Shown here: positions 17,446-26,100 of the stretch, in pieces
Numbering within the stretch: position 1 is the first letter of the stretch
How the letters are laid out: every line of letters starts with the position of its first letter
Source: an uncultured Enterobacterales bacterium
Lineage (GTDB): Bacteria > Myxococcota_A > UBA796 > CAZKWG01
NCBI GenBank assembly: GCA_964556105.1
Contig: CAZKWG010000003.1
Location: forward strand, 1 to 36,332
Length of the DNA: 36,332 nucleotides
Direction: 5' to 3'
The notes under the pieces: generated by a model
What the model was told of the DNA's origin: nothing
The model's database searches: none
Seen by the model: only the letters and a program-made list of their open reading frames with translations
Made by a program: the position numbers and the translations under genes

Positions 17446-18849
17446 GTGCGCGTCATGCTCATCCGGCCGCCCGCCAGGCACACGGTGGAGAGTGAGGTTC
17501 CTGAGGCTGTCGAAGCCGAGAACCTCTCTTATCCGCCGCTCGCCCTCCTCTCCATCGCCCAGTTCCTCCTCTCGCAGTCGAGCCACGAGGTCACCCTCCT
17601 CGACGCTCAGCTCGACAATCTCGATTACCCCGAGATGGAGGAGCGGATTCGCGCCTGGGGTCCTGACGTCGTCGGGATCACCTGCTTCACCGTCCAGCTC
17701 GTGGACGTGCACAACACGATCGGCGCCTGCAAGAAGGCCGGCGTTCAGCGCATCGTGCTGGGCGGGCCGCACATCTCGGACTTCCCGCGCGAGAGCGTGG
17801 GGCTCCCCAACGTGGACGCGGTCGTCAAGGGCGAGGGCCAGCAGCCCATGCTCGACCTCGTCAACTGCTGGGCGGCGGGCAAGGAGGCGCGCGGCATCCC
17901 CGGCGTCATGGCCCACCCCGACGATCCCATCCCCGAGCAGGACGTCTACTTCTCGAACAACCTCGACGACTACCCCATCATCGACCGCACCCTGGTCGAC
18001 TACAAGCGCTACTACGACGTGCTCGGGGCCGGCGGCATCTTCACGACGATGATCACCAGCCGCGGCTGCCCCTACCGCTGCACCTTCTGCAACACGCCGC
18101 GCCACCGCTACCGGGTGATGTCGCCGAGCCGCGCCTGCGACGAGATCGAGGCCTGCATCAAGCTGGGCATCAAAGAGATCTACTTCGTAGACGACACCTT
18201 CAACATCACGAACAAGCGCGTCATCGAGCTCTGCGACGAGATCCTCCGCCGCGGGCTGCAGTTCAGCTGGACCGTGCGCTTCCGCGTCAAGGGCGTCGAT
18301 CGCGAGCTGCTCGAGAAGATGAAGGCCGCCGGCTGCAGCCGCATCCAGTTCGGGGTCGAGCAGGGCACCGAAGAGGGCCTCCTGCGCCTGAAGAAGGACG
18401 TCACCTCGAAGGAGATCGAGCACGCCTTCAAGCTCTGCCGCGAGATCGGCATCCGCACGGTGGCCTACTTCATGATCGGCACGCCCACGGAGCGCACGCG
18501 CCGGGACGTGATCGACACCATCGACTACAGCATCCGGCTGAACCCCGACTTCGTCATGTACAACATCCTCACGCCGTTCCCGGGCACGACCCTCTACGAC
18601 GAGGGGATGCGGGACGGGGTGCTGGACATCAACCCCTGGTTGAAGTTCATGCGCGAGCCGTCGGAGGCCTTCAAGGCCCAGGTCTGGGATGAGTACTTCA
18701 CCCGCGAAGAGCTGCGCGACCTGCTGAACATGGCCTACAAGCGGTTCTACTGGCGTCCGGCCTTCGTTCTGCGAAACCTGGCTCAGATCCGCAATCCCCA
18801 GGATCTGATGCGCAAGGCGACCGCGGGCCTGCGGCTGCTCACCGAATAG
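17446..18849 (+). CDS. Cobalamin-binding radical SAM protein (class B-like)
   Basis: YPPLALLSIA, VLGGPH, VKGEGQ, TSRGCPYRCTFC, YFVDDTF, FGVEQG, YFMIGTP, LTPFPGT, AYKRFYWRP. Apparent paralogue of 7661-9139. Confidence 0.94.
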   Translation: MRVMLIRPPARHTVESEVPEAVEAENLSYPPLALLSIAQFLLSQSSHEVTLLDAQLDNLDYPEMEERIRAWGPDVVGITCFTVQLVDVHNTIGACKKAGVQRIVLGGPHISDFPRESVGLPNVDAVVKGEGQQPMLDLVNCWAAGKEARGIPGVMAHPDDPIPEQDVYFSNNLDDYPIIDRTLVDYKRYYDVLGAGGIFTTMITSRGCPYRCTFCNTPRHRYRVMSPSRACDEIEACIKLGIKEIYFVDDTFNITNKRVIELCDEILRRGLQFSWTVRFRVKGVDRELLEKMKAAGCSRIQFGVEQGTEEGLLRLKKDVTSKEIEHAFKLCREIGIRTVAYFMIGTPTERTRRDVIDTIDYSIRLNPDFVMYNILTPFPGTTLYDEGMRDGVLDINPWLKFMREPSEAFKAQVWDEYFTREELRDLLNMAYKRFYWRPAFVLRNLAQIRNPQDLMRKATAGLRLLTE

Positions 18850-18897
18850 CGTATCCTGTCTCTTCTTCATCCTTACCGCCCTCACATGGAGCGATCC

Positions 18898-20442
18898 ATG
18901 AAGCTCACCTCCGCGCTCATCGTCGGCCTTTACGGCATCGAAAACAGCGGTGTTCGTCACGTCACGGCCATGCTCCGTGACCGTGGCGGCTACCGTGCCG
19001 ACCTGATGTTCTTCAAAGACTGGCGTCACAACCGGGTCGAGTGGCCCACCGACGACGAGTACGCGCTCCTCGTGGACCACATCGAGAAGGAGGGCTACGA
19101 CGTCGTAGGTCTGGGCTTCGGCTCGCCCTACTACCGGGTCGCCATCGAGGTCACGCGCCGCATCAAGGAGCGCCTTGGCGACAAGGTCTTGGTGGTCTGG
19201 GGCGGTCTGCACACCACCCTGGTGCCCGAGCACTGCATCGCCTACGCCGATGTCTGCTGCGTGGGCGAGGGCGAGTACCCGCTGCTCGACCTCATGAACC
19301 GCCTCGAGGAGGGCCGCGAGCTCGACGACACGCCGAGCATGTGGGTCCGCCGCAAGGACGGGACGATCGCCAAGAACCCGGTCGGCGAGCTGATGACCAG
19401 CCTCGACGAGCTGCCTTTCCGCCACTACGGCGGCGAGGACGTGTTCATGGTCGATCACGGCATGATGACCCGCGGCGACCCGATGCTGAAGCACCGGGAG
19501 TACCGCATCTTCGCCAGCCGTGGCTGCCCCTACAAGTGCGCCTACTGCTACAACAGCTCGCTGCGCGCCATCTACCCGGAGGGCAAGGGCAACTACCACC
19601 GCCGCCGCAGCGTGGACTCGGTCATGGCCGAGCTTCGCCAGGCCCGCGAGAAGATCCCCGGGATCCGCTGGATCAAGTTCGACGATGACACCTTCGTCTT
19701 CCCCAAGTGGTGGCTGAAGGAGTTCTGCGAGAAGTACAAGGCGGAGTTTGGCGACATCCCCTTCGACTGCATGATGACGCCCGACGTCGCGCGCATCGAG
19801 AACCTGCGCCTGCTCAAGGACGCCGGCCTTCGCGGCGTGCAGCTGGGCATCGAGGCGGGCTCGGACCGCGAGCAGAAGGAGGTCTACGACCGCACCTCCA
19901 CGGTCGAGCAGATCCTGGCCTTCGACGAGATGAACCTCGAGCTTCAGCTCGACACGAAGTACGACGTCATCATCGACAATCCGCTGGCCTGGACCTCGGA
20001 CAAGGACGCGCTCTTCCACCTCCTCCTGGACCTGAAGAGCCCGTACAAGATCTACCTCTACTCGCTGACGCTCTACCCGAAGAGCTCGGTGACCGAGAAG
20101 ATGATCGCCGCGGGCTACGCCACGGAGAGCGACATCGAGGGCTTCGCGACCAAGTCCTTCCGCCAGTTCCGCGTCAGCGTGGACTGGCCGCGCTCCAACG
20201 AGGACAAGTACTACCTCGCCCTCTACATGATGGTGAACAAGCCCTTCCTCCCGCGCGATCTGGTGAAGTACTTCCACGACTCGCCGTTCTGGAAGGAGCA
20301 CCCGGATCTGCTGCTGGAGATCGCCCAGGCCACGAACCTCGTGCGCATGGCCGGCATCGCCTCCCAGATGGCCTACCGCGGTGAGCTCTCCGTCCAGAAG
20401 GTCCGTGAGTACGGCAACATCCGGAAGATGATTAACCAGTAG
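18898..20442 (+). CDS. Cobalamin-binding radical SAM protein, distinct subfamily
   Basis: VWGGLHTT, CVGEGE, ASRGCPYKCAYC, KFDDDTF, LGIEAGS, and YDVIIDNP where others have FIxGxP. Start placed at ATG 18898 (GGAG 6 nt upstream); 18886 is possible. Confidence 0.92.
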   Translation: MKLTSALIVGLYGIENSGVRHVTAMLRDRGGYRADLMFFKDWRHNRVEWPTDDEYALLVDHIEKEGYDVVGLGFGSPYYRVAIEVTRRIKERLGDKVLVVWGGLHTTLVPEHCIAYADVCCVGEGEYPLLDLMNRLEEGRELDDTPSMWVRRKDGTIAKNPVGELMTSLDELPFRHYGGEDVFMVDHGMMTRGDPMLKHREYRIFASRGCPYKCAYCYNSSLRAIYPEGKGNYHRRRSVDSVMAELRQAREKIPGIRWIKFDDDTFVFPKWWLKEFCEKYKAEFGDIPFDCMMTPDVARIENLRLLKDAGLRGVQLGIEAGSDREQKEVYDRTSTVEQILAFDEMNLELQLDTKYDVIIDNPLAWTSDKDALFHLLLDLKSPYKIYLYSLTLYPKSSVTEKMIAAGYATESDIEGFATKSFRQFRVSVDWPRSNEDKYYLALYMMVNKPFLPRDLVKYFHDSPFWKEHPDLLLEIAQATNLVRMAGIASQMAYRGELSVQKVREYGNIRKMINQ

Positions 20443-20447
20443 TAGGG

Positions 20448-20466
20448 GTCCGGCTCTCGGGCCGGA
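20448..20466. terminator. Possible terminator hairpin between convergent genes
   Basis: TCCGGC...GCCGGA inverted repeat just after the tandem TAG TAG stops. No U-tract. A second inverted repeat CAGGTGCG/CGCACCTG lies at 20525-20570. Confidence 0.3.
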
Positions 20467-20581
20467 TGGACGTCAACGCTGCGCCCCGCCTGACCTGGCC
20501 GATGTGCCTGGGTCTCGCGGGGCGCAGGTGCGTCGGGCCTCCGCGGTTTCGCCTGGCTGAGGCGCACCTGGGCGTGTTCGC

Positions 20582-21493
20582 TCAGGGCGTTGGTCGCCGA
20601 TCCTCCATCGGGTGAACCAAGGCAAAGAGCGCTCGAAAGCGATCCTGGTCCTCCAGCGAGGTCGGGAGCGGCAGGAGCGGCACCGGATCCTCGGGCGCCG
20701 CGGCGATGGCGGCATGCAGGCGGGCGGTCTCCGTCTCCAGTCCGGCCTCCGCGCCAGCCCAGGAGTGGGCAGCCTCCAGGTGCCTCGCCAGCGTGTGCAG
20801 GGACGCCTTCGCTACGTGGGTCGGCTGTTCGAAGGTGCCATCGGTGCTGCGCAGCACGGCCAGGATGGGCACGGGCGGCGCCACCTCCTCGGGCGAGGCC
20901 TGGTTCTTCATCCCGACCAGCGCCAGCGGAAAGACCACGGGCGGGATGGCCGCGCAGCCGCTCTTGCCCCAGACGATGGCGCGCCCGACGCCGATCCAGT
21001 CGTCCTCGCGGACCAGCCCGAGATCGCCCACGTCCAGCAGGGTGGGCGGCGGCGTCTGGTCGACGGCGCCGAGGCGATGGCGTCCGATCTCGAGCAGGAG
21101 CGGCATCGAGAGGGAGGCGATGCCCAGCCGGCGGTAGGGCTCCGCGACGTAGCCGGAGCCGTCCAGGCCAGCGACCAGCTGGGCGGCCGGCTCGTAGGTC
21201 ACATAGCGCCCCGCGGCGGCGACCAGCCCGCCGTGCTCGTCCAGCATCACCGCCAGCGGATGGGCGACGCGCACGCCGGCATGCTCGATGGGCGCGCTGA
21301 CGATCCTGCCCAGCACCTCAAGGTCCTCGATCTGGCCCTCGGCGCCGAAGTGTTCGTGCAGGCCCTGGTAGGCGAGCGCGAAGAGCGGATCGTCGGCGTG
21401 CTCGATGGTGTAGGTGGGGAAACGCTCGAAGAGCGTCCGTTGGGAGGGGCGCAGGGTGCGGAGGAAGGCGTCCGAGGGCGAGAGCAGCGGCAT
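20582..21493 (-). CDS. Hypothetical protein with GNAT-like acyl-CoA-binding motif
   Basis: YVAEPYRRLGIA fits GNAT motif A (VxxxxR/QxxGxA), preceded by beta-strand-like segments. Starts 39 nt after the P450 stop on the same strand. Confidence 0.5.
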   Translation of the reverse strand: MPLLSPSDAFLRTLRPSQRTLFERFPTYTIEHADDPLFALAYQGLHEHFGAEGQIEDLEVLGRIVSAPIEHAGVRVAHPLAVMLDEHGGLVAAAGRYVTYEPAAQLVAGLDGSGYVAEPYRRLGIASLSMPLLLEIGRHRLGAVDQTPPPTLLDVGDLGLVREDDWIGVGRAIVWGKSGCAAIPPVVFPLALVGMKNQASPEEVAPPVPILAVLRSTDGTFEQPTHVAKASLHTLARHLEAAHSWAGAEAGLETETARLHAAIAAAPEDPVPLLPLPTSLEDQDRFRALFALVHPMEDRRPTP

Positions 21494-21532
21494 GAGGGTT
21501 CAAGGCCTCGCGGTGTACGGTGGTTCCGGCGC

Positions 21533-22927
21533 TCAGGGAGAGGTCGGCGCGGCTCGGGGCGTCAGGTGAACCCGGAGGCCGTCGCGGGGGCGCAGGGTGA
21601 CGCTGGCCTCGGGCTCGACGACGTGACCAGCCACGGGCCTTAGCCGGTAGCGCGCGATCAGCATGGCCACGATGATCTGCGCCTCGCTCATCGCGAGGCG
21701 GTCGCCGATGCAGCGCCTCGGGCCGGCGCCGAAGGGGATCCAGGCCATCTTGCGGCGGGCCGCGACCGCCTCGGGGCGGAATCGCTCCGGATCGAAGCGC
21801 TCCGGATCGGGCCAGTCGGTCGGGTCACGGTGGATCAGGTAGGGGCTGATGCTGATGACGTGGCGCGGCTCGATCCGGTGGCCGCACAGGGTGTCGGGCG
21901 CGATCGGGCTGCGCTCGAGCATCCAGCCTGGCGGGTACAGCCGCAGGGCCTCCTGAATCACCTGTGTGGTGTAGGTCAGGTTCGGGAGGTCCGCCAGCGT
22001 AGCCGGGCGCGCGCCCAGCACCCGCTGGGCCTCCTCCGCGAGACGCGCCTCGACCTCGGGCGCGCCCAGGACCGCGTGGAAGACCCAGGTGACGGTCGCC
22101 GCGACCGTCTCGTGGCCGGCGATCAACATCGTCATCACCTCGTCGCGGAGCTGCTGGTCGTCCATGGCGGGGCGGCCGTCCTCGTCGCGCGCGGCCATCA
22201 TGGTCGACAGGAGGTCGTCACGCCCGGTCGGGTCCTGGCGGCGCTCGTCGATGATCTGCTGCACCAGCCCGAAGAGCAGATCGCGCGCCTCGCGAAAGCG
22301 TCGGTTGTGGGGGGTCGGGACCCACAGGGGGAGGCTGAGGATGGCGTCGTTGTAGCCGTCGATGTAGCGCAGGCCCGTGGTGACGGCGGCGGCTGCGCTG
22401 TCCGCCTGGCTGAACACGTCGAAGCCGAAGAGCGTCTCGCCCACGATGGTCAGGGCGAGGCGCACCAGCCTGGCGTTCAGGTCCACCTCTTCCCCGCCGC
22501 CCCAGGTGTCCAGCGCCGCTGCGGTCGCCCGCGCGACGCGGTCGATGTGCCCGCTGGCGTGCCCGGCTGGAAAACCTGGCTGAATCATGCGCCGCTGCCG
22601 CCGCCACAGCGCGCCGTCGCTGGTAAACAGCCCCTTGCCCATGACCAGACCGACGCCCTGGTAGGCGGCGCTCTTCCGATAGTTCGCGGCGTTCTCGATG
22701 AGCACCTGACGCAGCGCCTGATGGTCGCACACGATCACCGCGGGCGGATAGAGGCCGGTCTCGACGACGAAGAAGTCGCCGTAGCGCTGCCGCGCGTTCA
22801 GGAGGGTCTCCAGCGGCTGACGACGGTACTGGCGGGCCAGCGCCAGCGCGTCCAGGCCGCGGGGTCCGGGGATGCGGTGGGCAGCGCCGGCTCGTGGCGA
22901 AGGGGAAGGGTTGTTGGGCGACATCAT
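21533..22927 (-). CDS. Cytochrome P450
   Basis: I-helix AGHETVA, K-helix EALRLYPP, PERFDPERF meander, heme motif FGAGPRRCIG. AAGGAGG RBS. Confidence 0.96.
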   Translation of the reverse strand: MMSPNNPSPSPRAGAAHRIPGPRGLDALALARQYRRQPLETLLNARQRYGDFFVVETGLYPPAVIVCDHQALRQVLIENAANYRKSAAYQGVGLVMGKGLFTSDGALWRRQRRMIQPGFPAGHASGHIDRVARATAAALDTWGGGEEVDLNARLVRLALTIVGETLFGFDVFSQADSAAAAVTTGLRYIDGYNDAILSLPLWVPTPHNRRFREARDLLFGLVQQIIDERRQDPTGRDDLLSTMMAARDEDGRPAMDDQQLRDEVMTMLIAGHETVAATVTWVFHAVLGAPEVEARLAEEAQRVLGARPATLADLPNLTYTTQVIQEALRLYPPGWMLERSPIAPDTLCGHRIEPRHVISISPYLIHRDPTDWPDPERFDPERFRPEAVAARRKMAWIPFGAGPRRCIGDRLAMSEAQIIVAMLIARYRLRPVAGHVVEPEASVTLRPRDGLRVHLTPRAAPTSP

Positions 22928-23023
22928 TGCGTTCAGAGCCTCCTTCCCTGGGGGGGGCTGTCCTGCGTTCGGCCTGTGCGATCTCTAAGACGCATCCTCG
23001 CGCCCGTGCGCGCGTGTTGCCCG

Positions 23024-23056
23024 CCTGGCAACCGGAGCACAAGACCCGGCAACCAG
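23024..23056. promoter_or_regulatory. Direct repeat with 21-bp period, candidate AraC-type operator
   Basis: CCTGGCAACCGG (23024-23035) and CCCGGCAACCAG (23045-23056) are 10/12 identical, in the divergent intergenic region between the P450 and the hybrid AraC regulator. Confidence 0.5.
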
Positions 23057-23120
23057 CAGGCAAGGAGCGAGCATCGGCGAATTGCGCTATGATCTCCCTG
23101 CGTACAGGGTCTCCCAGCCC

Positions 23121-26100
23121 GTGCTCCCCCTCCTCGTCATCCTCTTCGCGCTTCTGGGGCTCCGCCCCGCGTGGGGCGCCCCAGCCGTAGGCCATGCCGC
23201 CTGGGACGTGCGCGACGGTCTGCCCCTCAACGGCGTGTCGGACGTCCTGCTCGGCCCCGACGGTTATCTCTGGGTCGCCACCTTCGACGGCGTGGTTCGC
23301 TTCGATGGCGTGCGGTTCAGCCGTGTGCTCCCCCGCGACGGCCCGGGCTGGCCGAGCGCGCGCGTCTCCTCGCTGCGCGTCGCGCCGGACGGTGCGGTCT
23401 GGGCGCAGACCGGGCCAGGCTGGCTGGTCCGCATCGATCCGCGCACCGACGCGCTGCAGGTCTTCAAGGGGGAGCAGCTCAAGCCGGCCGCGGACGGGAC
23501 GGTCTGGACGGTGAGCGGGGGGGAGGTCAGCCATCTCGGCCCGGACGGTCTCCTGCCCTTCGACGCGCCCGCGCTGCGAGGGCGGCACGTGCAGGACGTC
23601 GAGCCCGACGCCAGCGGAGGCGTGTGGTGCCAGACCGAGACCGCCTTGACCCGGATCTCGGCCGACGGCGCAGCCTGGTCCCTCGACGTCGCGGCGCTGG
23701 AGATCGGGACGCCGAAGTGGCTGTTTCAGGGGGGCGACGGTAGCGTCTGGGTGGCCGGAGACCAGGGCCTGGCGCGCCTGCCCGAGCGCGCGGACGACGC
23801 GCCGCTCCTGCTCCGGGTCGGCGGCAGGCCCTGGGGCGCCGTCGCGGTCGCGGTCTCGCCGGATCCCGACGGGGCGCTGTGGGTCGCCACGGAGCAGGAC
23901 CTCTTCCAGTGGCGCGACGGACAGGTGCTGCCCCTGATGGCCGAGAGTCCCGGTCGGCCGCCCAGCCCCTTTCGTGTCGTCGGTCCGGACGGCACGACCT
24001 GGGTGGCGAACCGGCGGACCGTCCTCCGCGAAGGCGAGGTGGTCTTCCGCGTGGGTCCCGGCGACGGGATCACCAGCATCGCCACCGACCATGAGGGCGC
24101 GCTCTGGGTCGGCACACGCCGAAGCGGCCTTCACCAGATTCAGTCCGCGCTGTTCGCCAGCATCGGCTTGAGCGACGGCCTGCGCAGCGACAATGTCTAC
24201 GCCATCGCCGAGGGCCGCGATGGGCTGTGGATCGCCGGAAGCGACACCTGGCTGAGCCGATGGTCGAAGGGCCAGATGCGCGGGCTGGGGGCGGCCGAGG
24301 GCCTGCCCGAGGACATCGCGGCGATCCTGGAGGACCAGCAGGGTGTGCTCTGGGTCGGCGCTCGGGATCAGGGGCTGCTGCGCAGTCCTGGCCCCGCTCA
24401 CGCGCGCTTCGCCCCTGTCGTGGAGGTCGGCAGCGGCGGCGTCCACGCCCTCTTCCAGCGCGGCAACGGCGACCTGCTCGTCGGCCTCGAAGGCGGACTG
24501 TGGCGCAGGCGCGACGATCGCTGGGATCGGCTGGATGACGTCTGGGGCCTTCCGAGCGCGGCGGTGCGGGCCATCGCCGAGACGCGGGACGGCACGCTCT
24601 GGCTCGGCACAGAGGGCGCCGGCGTCATCCGGATGCAGGGCGAGGTCGGCGCCCGATGGTCCGCGTCCGAGGGCGCCGCCGACATGATCCGCGCGATCCT
24701 GCCCGTGGACGGCGGCGCGTGGGTCGGGACCGAAGACCAGGGGATGCTCTTCTTCGACGCGCGAGGGCCGACCGGCATTCGACTGGGCCCCGCCGAGGGC
24801 CTGCCGGACAAGGTCGTACACGCGCTGGTCCCCGACGGGCGCGGCGCGATCTGGGGCAACTCCAACAAAGGGCTGTTCCGTGTGGACGCCGCCGCGCTGC
24901 ACCGGTTCACCCTGGGCGGCCCCTCGCCCGCCATCGACCGCTACTCCCAGCAGGATGGCCTGCCGGACCAGGAGGGCAACGGCGGCAACCACCACGCCGG
25001 CCTTCTCCTCAGCGATGGCATGCTCGCCTTCGCCAACCAGCGCGGGGTCGTCCTGGTCGATCCGACGCGGCTGGCGCGCCCGGGCCCCCTCGCCGGGCTG
25101 CGCATCGAGGCGCTGACCGCTGGCGACCAGCGCTTCCCAGCGGCAGACCCCGTCACCCTCGCGCCCAACCAGCGCACCTTCGAGCTGAGCTACACCGCGC
25201 TGAGCTTTCGTTCGCCCGCGCGGACTCGTTTCCAGCACCGCCTGCTGGGCCTGGAGACCGACTGGGTCTCCGCGGGCGATCAGCGCCTGGCCCGCTACAC
25301 GGCGGTGCCGCAGGGAAGCTACACGTTCGAGCTGCGCGCCACCGACGGCGCCGGGAACGCCAGCGCGTCGATCGAGCGGCTCGCCATCGTCGTGCAGCCG
25401 CACCTCACCGAGACCCTGACCTTTCGTGCGGCGCTCGTCCTGCTGGGCCTGGTCGGGATCGGCGCGGCCTGGCTCGTGCGCGACCGCGCGCTCCGCCGTC
25501 GCGCGGAAGAGCTCACGGCCCTGGTCGCCCAGCAGACCGCGCAGCTCACGGCGGACAACGCAGCGCTCCAGGCGTCGCGGGCGCTGGTGCGGGTTCAGGC
25601 CGAGCGCCTCGCCGAGATCGACCGTCTCAAGACCCGCTATTTCTCCAACCTGAGCCACGAGCTGCGCACCCCGTTGACCCTGGTGCTCGGGCCGCTGGAC
25701 GATGTCCTCGGTGGCCGAAACGGGAGCGTCCCCGCGGCGTCGCGCCGACCGCTGGAGCTGGCCCGACGCAGCGCCCAGCACCTCTTCGGCCTGGTCAACC
25801 AGCTCCTGGACGTGGTCAAGATCGACGCCGGCCAGCTTCGGCTGCGCCTGGAGGTCACCGATCTGGGGGCGCTGGTCCAGGCGGTCACGCAGGATCTGGG
25901 CGCGCTCGCCGAGCGCCGCCGCCAGCGGTTCACCGTCCAGGTCCCCTCCTCGCCCGTCCCGGTGGCCCTGGACCGACGCGAATCCGCCAAGATCATCACG
26001 AATCTCGTGACCAACGCCATCAAGTACACGCCCGTCGGTGGGGCGATCTCCGTGCGCCTGAGCGTCGGGGAGGGCGGCGCGCGGCTGGAGGTCCAGGACA

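Noticed and set aside
7661-20442. Assigning the radical SAM genes to hpnP/hpnR/hpnJ/bchE, or to a RiPP or ladderane pathway
   Set aside because: No hopanoid, bacteriochlorophyll, fatty-acid synthesis or precursor-peptide genes are in the window, and motifs alone cannot give a specific name.
22950-22957. G8 homopolymer upstream of the P450 as a phase-variation tract
   Set aside because: Short run in a probable 5' UTR of a high-GC genome, with no evidence of length variation.
22928-23120. Biarylitide-type micro-precursor (MxYxH) upstream of the P450
   Set aside because: Reading the minus strand upstream of the P450 showed no such short ORF.
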